This document shows positions 6,655 to 15,786 of a stretch of DNA of 32,000 bases, piece after piece. Each line of letters opens with the position of its first letter. The first letter of the stretch is position 1. The notes beneath the pieces are model-generated. The model was not told the DNA's origin and made no database searches. It was given only the letters and a program-made list of their open reading frames with translations. Location: assembly GCA_963785065.1 (NCBI GenBank), contig CAWATX010000001.1, positions 93,690-125,689 on the forward strand. The letters are read 5' to 3'. The DNA is from an uncultured Alphaproteobacteria bacterium (GTDB taxonomy: Bacteria > Pseudomonadota > Alphaproteobacteria > Rhizobiales > Kaistiaceae). Made by a program: the position numbers and the translations under genes.

Positions 6655-9084
6655 ATGAACCTTTCCGAATACCGCCGCCGTAGCCAGGGCCTCGCCGACT
6701 TCCTTCCTTGGGCGGCGCTTGTGGCGAAGGGCGTCGTCCTCAACAAGGACGGCTCGTTTCAGCGGACGGCGCGCTTCCGCGGTCCCGATCTCGATTCAGC
6801 GACCCCAGCCGAGCTGGTGGCGATCACCGCGCGGCTGAACAACGCGCTCCGCCGCCTCGGCTCTGGCTGGGCCGTCTTCATCGAAGCCCAGCGTGTCCCG
6901 GCGCAGAGCTACCCCTCAAGCGAATTCCCCGATCCGATCTCGGTACTGGTTGACGCCGAGCGCCGCGCCCAATTCGAGGAGGAAGGCGCGCATTTCGAGA
7001 GCGGGTACTTCCTGACGCTCCTCTGGCTGCCGCCTGCCGACGATGCCGCCCGTGCCGAAGCCTGGCTCTACGAGAACCGTGCCCGGTCGGGCGCCGACTG
7101 GCGCGCCAAGCTCGAAGGCTTCATCGACCGCAACGATCGCGTGCTGGCGCTCCTCGAAGGCTTCATGCCGGAAGTGGATTGGCTCGACGACGGCGAGACG
7201 CTGACCTACCTGCATTCCTGCATCTCGACACGGCACCAGCGTGTGCGCGTGCCCGAGGCGCCGATCTATCTCGACGCGATCCTCACCGACGAGGACCTGA
7301 CCGGCGGCCTCGAGCCGCGCCTCGGGCGCGCGCATCTTCGCACCCTCACCATCATGGGCTTCCCGTCGCAAACCTGGCCCGGTTTGCTCGACGACCTCAA
7401 CCGTCTGGCTTTCCCCTATCGCTGGGCGACGCGGGCCATCTGCCTCGACAAGACCGACGCCACCAGGCTCCTCGGCAAGATCCGCCGGCAATGGTTCGCC
7501 AAGCGCAAGTCGATCATGGCGATCCTCAAGGAGGTGATGACCAACGAAGCGTCGGTGCTGATGGATTCCGACGCGGCCAACAAGGCAATCGACGCTGACG
7601 CAGCGCTGCAGGAGCTCGGGACCGACCTCGTCGGCGAGGCCTATGTCACCGCGACGGTCACCGTCTGGGATGAGGACGCTCATATTGCAGACGAGCGCCT
7701 GCGGCTGGTCGAGAAGACCATCCAGGGCCGCGATTTCACCTGTATGAGCGAAGGCGTCAACGCCGTGGAAGCCTGGCTCGGATCGCTGCCGGGCCACGTC
7801 TATGCGAACGTCCGCCAGCCGCCGGTCTCGACGCTCAATCTCGCCCATATGATGCCGTTCTCGGCGGTCTGGGCGGGGCCGGAACGGGATGAGCATTTCG
7901 GGGCGCCCCCGCTCTTCTTGGGCAAGACAGAGGGCTCGACCCCCTTCCGCTTCAGCCTCCATGTCGGTGACGTTGGCCACACCCTGATCGTCGGCCCGAC
8001 AGGTGCCGGCAAGAGCGTGCTCCTGGCGCTGATGGCGCTGCAGTTCCGCCGCTACGCCGGCGCACAGGTCTTCGCCTTCGATTTCGGCGGCTCGATCCGT
8101 GCCGCCGCGCTCGCGATGGGCGGCGACTGGCACGATCTCGGCGGTGCGCTGTCCGATAGTGCCAGCGAGCCGGTCGCGCTTCAGCCTCTCGCACGGGTCG
8201 ATGATCCCGGCGAACGGGCTTGGGCCGCCGAATGGGTTGCAACGCTGCTCGCCCGCGAGTCCGTCACCGTCACCCCCGAGTTGAAGGAGCACCTATGGTC
8301 GGCGCTGACCTCGCTTGCCTCCGCGCCCTTGCAGGAGCGCACCATCACCGGCCTTTCGGTGCTGCTGCAATCGAACGCTCTGAAGCGGGCGATCCAGCCC
8401 TACACCGTCGGCGGCCCCTGGGGCCGATTGCTTGATGCCGAAGCCGAGCAGCTCGGCAAAGCCGATGTCCAGGCCTTCGAGACGGAAGGCCTGATCGGTG
8501 CAGGCGCTGCTCCTGCGGTCCTCTCTTATCTGTTTCATCGCATCGAGGATCGCTTCGACGGCCGGCCCACCCTGCTCATTGTCGACGAGGGTTGGCTCGC
8601 CCTCGACGATCCCAGTTTCGCCGGCCAGCTGCGCGAGTGGCTGAAGACGCTCAGGAAAAAGAATGCGAGCGTCATCTTCGCCACCCAGTCGCTCGCCGAC
8701 ATCGACGGCAGCGTCATCGCGCCGGCGATCATCGAGAGCTGCCCGACCCGTATCCTGCTCCCGAATGAGCGCGCGCTCGAGCCGCAGATCGCCGCGATCT
8801 ACCGGCGCTTCGGTCTCAATGACCGGCAGATCGAGATTCTGAGCCGCGCCACCCCCAAGCGCGACTATTACTGCCAATCGCGCCGCGGCAATCGCCTGTT
8901 CGAGCTCGGCCTCTCGGAAGTCGCGCTCGCCTTCACCGCCGCGTCGGCGAAGTCCGACCAGAACACCATCGACGAGCTTGTCGCCGAGCACGGCCGCGAT
9001 GGCTTCGCCGCCGCCTGGCTGCGCCATCGCGGGCTCAATTGGGCGGCCGACATGCTCACCCCCTCGCAGGAGACCACCTCATGA
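6655..9084 (+). CDS. trbE: TrbE (VirB4-family) conjugal transfer ATPase.
   Basis: Starts MNLSEYRRRSQGLADFLPW. Walker A is GPTGAGKS and Walker B is LLIVDEGW. The ORF-track start at 6580 overlaps trbD; ATG 6655 (or GTG 6652) fits better. Confidence 0.93.
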   Translation: MNLSEYRRRSQGLADFLPWAALVAKGVVLNKDGSFQRTARFRGPDLDSATPAELVAITARLNNALRRLGSGWAVFIEAQRVPAQSYPSSEFPDPISVLVDAERRAQFEEEGAHFESGYFLTLLWLPPADDAARAEAWLYENRARSGADWRAKLEGFIDRNDRVLALLEGFMPEVDWLDDGETLTYLHSCISTRHQRVRVPEAPIYLDAILTDEDLTGGLEPRLGRAHLRTLTIMGFPSQTWPGLLDDLNRLAFPYRWATRAICLDKTDATRLLGKIRRQWFAKRKSIMAILKEVMTNEASVLMDSDAANKAIDADAALQELGTDLVGEAYVTATVTVWDEDAHIADERLRLVEKTIQGRDFTCMSEGVNAVEAWLGSLPGHVYANVRQPPVSTLNLAHMMPFSAVWAGPERDEHFGAPPLFLGKTEGSTPFRFSLHVGDVGHTLIVGPTGAGKSVLLALMALQFRRYAGAQVFAFDFGGSIRAAALAMGGDWHDLGGALSDSASEPVALQPLARVDDPGERAWAAEWVATLLARESVTVTPELKEHLWSALTSLASAPLQERTITGLSVLLQSNALKRAIQPYTVGGPWGRLLDAEAEQLGKADVQAFETEGLIGAGAAPAVLSYLFHRIEDRFDGRPTLLIVDEGWLALDDPSFAGQLREWLKTLRKKNASVIFATQSLADIDGSVIAPAIIESCPTRILLPNERALEPQIAAIYRRFGLNDRQIEILSRATPKRDYYCQSRRGNRLFELGLSEVALAFTAASAKSDQNTIDELVAEHGRDGFAAAWLRHRGLNWAADMLTPSQETTS

Positions 9085-9821
9085 CCCGTCGCCGTCTGCG
9101 CGCCCTCCTCACCGCGGGCACGGCCGCTCTCTTGATCACCGCCGCCAGCCTGCCGGCGCGGGCGTGGATCGTGTTCGACCCGACCAACTACGCGCAGAAC
9201 GTGCTCACCGCCGCTCGTGAGCTGCAGCAGGTCAACAACGAACTGCAGATGCTGGAGAACCAGGCGACGTCGCTCATCAATCAGGCGCGGAACCTCGCCA
9301 AACTGCCTTACTCCTCGCTGGCTTCGCTCCAGCAGCAGATTTCTCAGACCCAGCAGCTTCTCGGCCAGGCACAGCGCATCGCCTACAGCGTCTCGGCCAT
9401 CGACCAGGCCTTCCGCCAGACTTATCCGCAGGCCTATTCGAGCGCGACGTTCTCCGACCAGCTTCTCGCCGATGCAAAGACGCGCTGGCAGAACGCGCTC
9501 GCCGGCTTCCAGGACGCAATGCACGTGCAGGCCGGTGTCGTCACCAATCTCGACAGTACGCGATCACAGATCAGCGCGCTCGTCTCTTCCAGCCAAGGGG
9601 CGACGGGCGCCCTGCAGGCCGCGCAGTCCGGCAACCAGCTCGTCGCCTTGCAGACAACGCAGCTTTCCGACCTCACGGCGATCATGGCATCGATCGCGCG
9701 CGCCCAGAGCCTCGATGCCGCGCGCAGGCTGGAGGCAGAGGTCCAGGCGCAGGCCCAGACCAAGGCCTTCCTCAATTACGGTGCCGGTTACCAAGCCGGC
9801 TCCGCTGAGATGTTTCACTGA
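9081..9821 (+). CDS. trbJ: TrbJ (VirB5-like) conjugal transfer protein.
   Basis: MTRRRLRALL... signal peptide, then WIVFDPTNYAQNVLTAARELQQVNNELQMLENQA. ATGA overlap with the trbE stop. Confidence 0.9.
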   Translation: MTRRRLRALLTAGTAALLITAASLPARAWIVFDPTNYAQNVLTAARELQQVNNELQMLENQATSLINQARNLAKLPYSSLASLQQQISQTQQLLGQAQRIAYSVSAIDQAFRQTYPQAYSSATFSDQLLADAKTRWQNALAGFQDAMHVQAGVVTNLDSTRSQISALVSSSQGATGALQAAQSGNQLVALQTTQLSDLTAIMASIARAQSLDAARRLEAEVQAQAQTKAFLNYGAGYQAGSAEMFH

Positions 9822-10123
9822 TGCGCGGCCGGCTCCTCCATCTGCCCGCGATCGCACGCGCCATCGGCTTTGCACTGGTCGCGGTCGCCATGATCGCCGC
9901 CGTGCTGCATTTTCATGCGTCAGCATCGCACATCGCCCCGCATCAGACCGGTTCGTCGGCCGCGGCGGATCAGCTGGCAGCGGAGTTCAAGCGGTGCCAG
10001 CGCATCGCCGAAGAGGCCAATGATGACCCGGCCTGCGAGAAGGCCTGGGCGGAGAACCGCCGCCGCTTCTTCACTTACGCGCCGTCACCTACGCGCGCCC
10101 AACCGAAGACGAACGGCAGGTAG
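9821..10123 (+). CDS. trbK: Small membrane-anchored protein in the trbK position (TrbK-alt-type putative entry exclusion protein).
   Basis: 100 aa with an N-terminal TM segment. The C-terminal part reads CQRIAEEANDDPACEKAWAENRRRFF. TGATG overlap with the trbJ stop, and it lies between trbJ and trbL. Confidence 0.6.
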   Translation: MRGRLLHLPAIARAIGFALVAVAMIAAVLHFHASASHIAPHQTGSSAAADQLAAEFKRCQRIAEEANDDPACEKAWAENRRRFFTYAPSPTRAQPKTNGR

Positions 10124-10128
10124 GCGGC

Positions 10129-11394
10129 ATGGGCGGGACGGGGGTCATCGACAATTTCCTGGGGACGTTCACCCAGTATATCGATTCCGGCTTCGGCCTG
10201 GTGCAGGGCGATGTCCGCTGGCTTGCCGGCACGCTCATCGCCATCGATGTCACGCTCGCAGGCCTCTTCTGGGCGATGGCGCCCGACGAGGACGTGCTCG
10301 CACGCCTCATCCGTAAAATCCTCTATATCGGCTTCTTCGCCTTCATCATCAGTAACTACAACAGCCTTGCCGAGATCATCTACAACAGCTTCGCCGGCCT
10401 CGGCATCAAGGCCGGTGGCGGGGCGCTCAGCGCCACCCAGCTCCTGCAGCCCGGACGCATCGCGGAAGTCGGCATCGATGCCGGCAAGCCGATCCTCACC
10501 GCCATCTCCGGCATGATGGGCTTCACCAGCGTCTTCGCAAACCTGATTCAAATCCTGATCATGTTCGTGGCCTGGCTGATCGTCGTCATCAGCTTCTTCG
10601 TCATGGCGATCCAGCTCTTCGTCAGCCTGATCGAGTTCAAGCTGACGACCTTGGCAGGCTTCGCGCTGGTCCCCTTCGGATTGTTCGGGCGTACCGCCTT
10701 CCTCGCCGAGCGCGTGCTCGGCAACGTGGTGTCGAGCGGCATCAAGATCCTGGTGCTTGCCGTCATCATCGGCATCGGCTCGACGATCTTCGGCCAGTTC
10801 ACCAGCACATTGAACAATCCGCCGACCATTTCCGACGCGCTGACGCTGATCCTGGCTGCCCTGTCACTCCTCGGCCTTACCATCTTCGGCCCCGGCATCG
10901 CCAATGGCCTGATCGCCGGCGGTCCGCAGCTCGGCGCCGGCGCTGCCGTCGGTACCGGGCTCGCCGCTGCGGGTATCGGAGCTGCCGGGATCGCCGCAAC
11001 CGCCGGCGGTCTCTCCGCGGCGGGCGGCGCTGCTGCCGGAACGGCGCGTGACGGCGCGCGCGTCGCCGGCGGAGCGACCGCAGCCTATCGCGCTGGCGGT
11101 GCCATGGGCGTCGCGCAAGCAGCCGGTTCCCTCGCCATGAGCCCGCTCCGTCGTGCCGCCGGCAGCCTGAAGGAGAACTTCGCTTCAGGCGAGCGCGCCG
11201 TAATGCGCGGCGAGTCGCAAGCCGCCGCTGGCGGAGCGGGTTCCTCCGGAGCATCCGACGGCCCTCCGGCGTGGGCCCAACGCATGAAGCGCAACCAGAC
11301 CATCAACCGCGGCGTGTCAGCCGCCGATCATGCGATCCGCTCCGGCGACCGGCCAAGCGGCGGGCATCAGGCCGATCTTTCCGAGGGGAATTAG
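10129..11394 (+). CDS. trbL: TrbL (VirB6-like) polytopic membrane protein.
   Basis: 421 aa with multiple TM helices and an Ala/Gly-rich C-terminal tail. It occupies the expected operon position. Confidence 0.9.
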   Translation: MGGTGVIDNFLGTFTQYIDSGFGLVQGDVRWLAGTLIAIDVTLAGLFWAMAPDEDVLARLIRKILYIGFFAFIISNYNSLAEIIYNSFAGLGIKAGGGALSATQLLQPGRIAEVGIDAGKPILTAISGMMGFTSVFANLIQILIMFVAWLIVVISFFVMAIQLFVSLIEFKLTTLAGFALVPFGLFGRTAFLAERVLGNVVSSGIKILVLAVIIGIGSTIFGQFTSTLNNPPTISDALTLILAALSLLGLTIFGPGIANGLIAGGPQLGAGAAVGTGLAAAGIGAAGIAATAGGLSAAGGAAAGTARDGARVAGGATAAYRAGGAMGVAQAAGSLAMSPLRRAAGSLKENFASGERAVMRGESQAAAGGAGSSGASDGPPAWAQRMKRNQTINRGVSAADHAIRSGDRPSGGHQADLSEGN

Positions 11395-11397
11395 CTC

Positions 11398-12078
11398 ATG
11401 TTTCGACGATCGACGGTGCGCTACGGCAAGACACCCGAGCCCGAGACGCCCTACCAGCGGGCCGGCCAGGTCTGGGACGAACGCATCGGATCTGCCCGCG
11501 TACAGGCCAGGAACTGGCGGCTCGCCTTCTTCGGAGCGCTTGCTCTCAGTGGTGGGCTCGCGAGCGGTCTCGTCTGGCAGTCGGCGCGGGGCACCATCAC
11601 CCCCTGGGTCGTTCAGGTTGATAAGCTCGGCGAGGCGCAGGCCGTGGCTCCAGCGGTCGCCGACTATCATCCAACCGATCCTCAGATCGCCTGGTATCTC
11701 GCGCACTTCATTCAGGAGGTGCGCAGCGTTCCCGACGACCCCATCGTGCTGCGGCAGAACTGGCTCGACGCCTACGACTACGTCACCAGCAAGGGTGCGC
11801 TCGCCCTCAACGACTATGCGCGCACCACCGATCCCTTCGGCAAAGTCGGCAAGGAACAGGTTTCGGTCGATGTCGCGAGTGTCATCCGCGCCTCCGACAC
11901 CAGCTTCCGGGTGGAATGGGTCGAACACCACTATGTCAACGACGCGCTCAACGCGACCGAGCGCTGGAGCGCCATCCTCACCATCGTCGTGCAGACACCG
12001 ACCGATGCTGATCGGCTGAAGAAGAATCCGCTCGGCATCTACGTCCAAGCCCTCAACTGGTCAAAGGAACTCGGCTGA
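11398..12078 (+). CDS. trbF: TrbF (VirB8-like) conjugal transfer protein.
   Basis: 226 aa with YQRAGQVWDERIG, a single TM, and WVVQVDKLGEAQAV. Confidence 0.9.
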   Translation: MFRRSTVRYGKTPEPETPYQRAGQVWDERIGSARVQARNWRLAFFGALALSGGLASGLVWQSARGTITPWVVQVDKLGEAQAVAPAVADYHPTDPQIAWYLAHFIQEVRSVPDDPIVLRQNWLDAYDYVTSKGALALNDYARTTDPFGKVGKEQVSVDVASVIRASDTSFRVEWVEHHYVNDALNATERWSAILTIVVQTPTDADRLKKNPLGIYVQALNWSKELG

Positions 12079-13067
12079 TGCGCTCCTTCGCCGTCTCAAC
12101 CCTGCTGCTTGCGTCTCTTTCCCTCGCCGCCTGCGCGACCACCTGGAAGCCGCCGGCGATCAGTTACGACAATCTGCCGAAGCGCGCCACGCTGCTGCCC
12201 GAACCGCCAAAGCCTGTGCGGATCGTCGAACTCCCGAAAGTGTTGCCGTTGCCGGGCCAGCTCAAGCCCCTCCCCGGAAAGTCGAAGCTGCCGCCGGAAT
12301 CGCCCGACCCACATGTGCGCGTCGACAAGGCCAACGGCGCTGCCCGCGTCCAGCCGAAGGGCGCCGATTACCTCAATGCCATCCAGGTCTACCCCTTCGC
12401 CGAGGGTGCGCTGTACCAGGTCTACGCCACCCCTGGAGAGATCACCGATATTGCCCTGCAGCCGGGCGAGCAGCTCGCCGGCTCCGGCCCGGTCGCCGCC
12501 GGTGACACGGTCCGCTGGATCATTGGCGATACGGAGAGCGGCGCAGGCGCCGACAAGCGCATCCACATCCTGGTGAAGCCCACCCGTTCCGATCTCGACA
12601 CCAACCTCGTCATCAACACTGATCGCCGCACCTATCACCTCGAGCTGCATTCCGACGACAAGACCTACATGGCGTCGGTTTCCTGGGCCTACGCCGAAGA
12701 CCAGCTCATTGCACTGCGCCAGCAGAATGCCGCGGCTGATGCCGCCGCGCCGGTCATGAGCGGTGTTGACATCAACGCGCTCAATTTCCGCTACCGCATC
12801 GCGGGTGACAATCCGCCCTGGCGGCCGCTGCGCGCCTTCGACGACGGCCGCCAGGTGTTCATCGAGTTTCCGAGCGGCATCAGCCAAGGCGAGCTACCGC
12901 CGCTCTGGGTGATTGGCGCCGAAGGCGACGGACAGTTGGTCAACTACCGCGTCAAGCAGAATTACATGATCGTCGACCGCTTGTTCGCCGCCGCTGAGCT
13001 CAAGCTCGGCGCCAAGCACCAGCAGGTTGTCCGCATCGTGCGCACCGACGGAAGGCCCCGGTCGTGA
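12078..13067 (+). CDS. trbG: TrbG (VirB9-like) outer-membrane lipoprotein of the T4SS.
   Basis: Lipobox LSLAAC, then YPFAEGALYQVYATPGEITDIALQPGE. TGATG overlap with trbF. Confidence 0.9.
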   Translation: MRSFAVSTLLLASLSLAACATTWKPPAISYDNLPKRATLLPEPPKPVRIVELPKVLPLPGQLKPLPGKSKLPPESPDPHVRVDKANGAARVQPKGADYLNAIQVYPFAEGALYQVYATPGEITDIALQPGEQLAGSGPVAAGDTVRWIIGDTESGAGADKRIHILVKPTRSDLDTNLVINTDRRTYHLELHSDDKTYMASVSWAYAEDQLIALRQQNAAADAAAPVMSGVDINALNFRYRIAGDNPPWRPLRAFDDGRQVFIEFPSGISQGELPPLWVIGAEGDGQLVNYRVKQNYMIVDRLFAAAELKLGAKHQQVVRIVRTDGRPRS

Positions 13068-14227
13068 CGGACGAACCCCGGCAAGAGGAGAGGCCAGGCG
13101 CGGCCGCACGCCCGGCCGAGGAGATGCGCCTTCGCCCGCGGCGCCCGCCAGTAACCCGGCTGTCGCGCAAGGTCCTGCTCGGTCTCGGCGCGGCTGTCGT
13201 GGTCGCAATCGGCGGCATACTGCTGTTCGCGCTGAGGCCGCAGCACCACACCACCGGAACGGAGCTGTTCAACACCAACAACCGCGATACACCGGATGGC
13301 CTGGCAAACCTCCCGCGTGACTATACCGGTCTTCCGAAGCCCGTCCCCAAGCTTGGCCCGCCCCTTCCGGGCGACCTCGGCAAGCCGATCGTCAATGCCG
13401 GTGCCCCGGCGCCTGGCATGTCCGGCCCCGAGGAACAACGCATCGCACAGGAAGTGGAGGCTGCGCGGACGAGTCGCCTGTTCGCAACCACGAATGTCAC
13501 GCCGCCGAGCGCGCCGCCGCCGCCAGCGCAGGAAGCCGCCCCGCCCGCTCCCATCCGGGACGGCTCCTCCGCCAACCCAACCTCACAAGATCACGAGCTC
13601 GCTTTCCTCAACGGCTCCGTCGATCGGCGCACGACCAGCCCCGATCGCATCCAGCCGCCAGCGAGCCCTGCCGTGCTCCAGGCAGGGTCCGTCATTCCGG
13701 CCTCTCTGATCACGGGCCTCCGCTCCGATTTGCCTGGCGAGGTCACCGCTCAGGTGACCGAGGACGTCTATGACAGTCCAACGGGCAAGATCCTCCTGAT
13801 CCCTCAAGGAGCACGCTTGATTGGTCAATACGACGCCCGGGTCACTTTCGGCCAGTCCCGTGCCCTCCTCGTCTGGACTCGCCTCATTATGCCTAACGGC
13901 AAATCGATCGTGCTGGAGCGTCAGCCGGGCGTAGACCCACAAGGCTATGCCGGTCTCGCGGACCAGGTCGACAATCACTGGGGCATGCTGTTCAAGGCTG
14001 CGATCCTCTCGACAATCCTCTCAGTCGGCGCCGAGGCGGGAGCCGGCAACAACGAGAACAACCTCGCCCAAGCGATCCGCCAGGGCGCATCGCAAAGCAT
14101 CAATCAGGCCGGCGAGCGCGTGGTCGGCCGATCGCTCGATATCCAGCCGACCATCACGATTCGGCCGGGCTTCCCGGTGCGCGTCCTGGTCACCCGTGAT
14201 CTCGTACTGGAACCCTACGGCAGATAA
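13064..14227 (+). CDS. trbI: TrbI (VirB10-like) conjugal transfer protein.
   Basis: GTG start overlapping the trbG stop. It has an N-terminal TM, a Pro-rich linker, and a C-terminal VIPASLITGLRSDLPGEVTAQVTEDVYDS... Confidence 0.9.
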   Translation: MTDEPRQEERPGAAARPAEEMRLRPRRPPVTRLSRKVLLGLGAAVVVAIGGILLFALRPQHHTTGTELFNTNNRDTPDGLANLPRDYTGLPKPVPKLGPPLPGDLGKPIVNAGAPAPGMSGPEEQRIAQEVEAARTSRLFATTNVTPPSAPPPPAQEAAPPAPIRDGSSANPTSQDHELAFLNGSVDRRTTSPDRIQPPASPAVLQAGSVIPASLITGLRSDLPGEVTAQVTEDVYDSPTGKILLIPQGARLIGQYDARVTFGQSRALLVWTRLIMPNGKSIVLERQPGVDPQGYAGLADQVDNHWGMLFKAAILSTILSVGAEAGAGNNENNLAQAIRQGASQSINQAGERVVGRSLDIQPTITIRPGFPVRVLVTRDLVLEPYGR

Positions 14228-14246
14228 GGAAGCAAGGAAGCGAAGA

Positions 14247-14507
14247 ATGGCAAAGCTGAAGCTCGGGGCGATTGCCGACGACAAGCCCGTCAAGCTGACG
14301 ATCGAACTGCCAGCCGCTATCCATCGCGACCTTGTCGCCTACGCCAATGTTCTTGGCCGCGAAACGGGTGAGGCCGCGGTCGAGCCGGCGAGGCTGATCG
14401 GACCGATGCTGGCGCGCTTCATGGCGACCGATCGGGCGTTTGCAAGATTGCGACGGACCGGCTCTGCGGGACAGCACTTGCCGTCGAGGAGAGCGCAATC
14501 AGAATAG
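14247..14507 (+). CDS. DUF2274-family small protein that typically terminates ICE-type trb operons.
   Basis: Starts MAKLKLGAIADDKPVKLTIELPAAIHRDLVAYANVL. It lies 20 nt after trbI. Confidence 0.75.
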   Translation: MAKLKLGAIADDKPVKLTIELPAAIHRDLVAYANVLGRETGEAAVEPARLIGPMLARFMATDRAFARLRRTGSAGQHLPSRRAQSE

Positions 14508-15386
14508 TTGGCGTGCGCGCGCCTCGTCGCGCATGAAGGCTACGAACCGTCCAACGGCGGGATCTTCCGCCTCCGAATTCCACGCGAGTTCCACCTGAAC
14601 CCAGGCGTTCTCTTCGCGGATCGGCCGGTAAGCGATGCCCGGAAACGGGACCTCGGACTGGCTTCTGGTGGCAAGCGTGATCCCGAAACCGGCCGCGACC
14701 AATGCAAGGATGCTTTGCTTGCTCGCGGCATGCGCTTCGAACCGAACGCCGGATCCCATGAGCGAGGCGTAGAACTGGCGCGCCGCTTGGCTCTCACCCC
14801 ACCCCTGGACGAGCAGAGTCTCCCTGCGCAGGTCTTCCCACCTGAGCGTCTCCAGCTCCAGCAGTTGATGCTCGCGCGGGATCGCCGCAAGCATTCGCTC
14901 GCGGTAGAGCGGCATCGACGGGGCGTTGGGCCATAGCGTATGGTGCGGCATCAGTGCGACATCGACGCGGCGTTCCTGCACGGTCAACTGTATCTCCGGC
15001 TCGCTCAGTTCCGAGACACTGAGCCTGACGTCCGGGTGGCGCATCCGCCAACTGCAGAGGAGCTCGGCGAGCGGCGCGCCGACCGGCGGCATGCGCACTG
15101 CAAGGCGAATCTCACCAACCATGCCGTTGCCGTTCCGGTCGCTGGCGAGCTTGGCAGCATCGAGTTCCGCCAGCGCCCGGCGGATATGCGGCAGAACCGC
15201 CTTGCCGCCGCTGGTCAGCCGAACGCCTGCATGACCGCGTTCGAACAACGCCAGGCCAAGCTCGTCCTCCAATCGCCCGATCCGGCGGCTGATTGTGGAC
15301 GTGTTGATCCCGAGCGACTTGGCAGCGCGGGTGAAGTTTGAGGCAGTCGCCGACGCCTCAACGTAAACGAGATCGCGGATTTCCAT
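14499..15386 (-). CDS. LysR-family transcriptional regulator.
   Basis: N-terminal HTH NFTRAAKSLGINTSTISRRIGRLEDELGLALFER with a LysR substrate-binding-like C-terminal half. A dyad ATCTC-N9-GAGAT (15387-15405) abuts its start codon. Confidence 0.9.
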   Translation of the reverse strand: MEIRDLVYVEASATASNFTRAAKSLGINTSTISRRIGRLEDELGLALFERGHAGVRLTSGGKAVLPHIRRALAELDAAKLASDRNGNGMVGEIRLAVRMPPVGAPLAELLCSWRMRHPDVRLSVSELSEPEIQLTVQERRVDVALMPHHTLWPNAPSMPLYRERMLAAIPREHQLLELETLRWEDLRRETLLVQGWGESQAARQFYASLMGSGVRFEAHAASKQSILALVAAGFGITLATRSQSEVPFPGIAYRPIREENAWVQVELAWNSEAEDPAVGRFVAFMRDEARARQLF

Positions 15387-15764
15387 ATCTCAATCGCCCG
15401 GAGATCTCACCGTGCGGGCGCGGTGTTGGCTCACGCGTTTGCCAAGCGGCTCGGATGGCGTTGCGTTGCGCCGCCGGGTAGCAAAGACCGACATCCTCCG
15501 CCCGTCGACGCCACCCGCTACCTCGCTGAACCCTTCACGCGCCGAGGACCGTACTCGCTGATGGCGCCGACGATCGGCACCCCAACCTCCCCGTAACGAT
15601 GCCTCATGCGGCGTGGTGCCTGAAGGACGCGGTACCGCAATCACGGCGTCGCTTCGAGGGCGCTGGCGAGATTCGCCTTGCCGCATGGGCCGCATCAGCG
15701 TCATCGTTGTCTCCTGTGCGCTGGCAGCCCCCGACATTAGCAATTGAAAACGCCGCCTGGGACA

Positions 15765-15784
15765 ACCTGTAGAATTACACAGCT
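15765..15784. promoter_or_regulatory. lux-box-like 20-bp element ACCTGTAGAATTACACAGCT.
   Basis: It has the CTG-N10-CAG core. By my count, 15 of 20 positions are identical to the Vibrio fischeri lux box ACCTGTAGGATCGTACAGGT. It lies 2 nt beyond the luxR-family stop codon and faces the 15390-15760 gap and lysR. Confidence 0.5.
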
Positions 15785-15786
15785 TG

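Noticed and set aside
6916-8292. A 458-aa minus-strand ORF inside trbE. Similar long antisense or off-frame ORFs occur at 2348-3313, 5027-5815, 8293-9027, 11317-12048 and 12096-12887.
   Set aside because: These are Arg/Gly/Ala/Asp-rich shadow frames of well-supported trb and CDF genes in high-GC DNA. They have no recognisable motifs and overlap better genes completely.
9811-9818. TGTTTCAC, half of the canonical parS palindrome, at the trbJ end. A second copy sits within the hairpin at 27450-27457.
   Set aside because: These are only half-sites. No palindromic partner is present, and neither has any positional link to the ParB-like genes.
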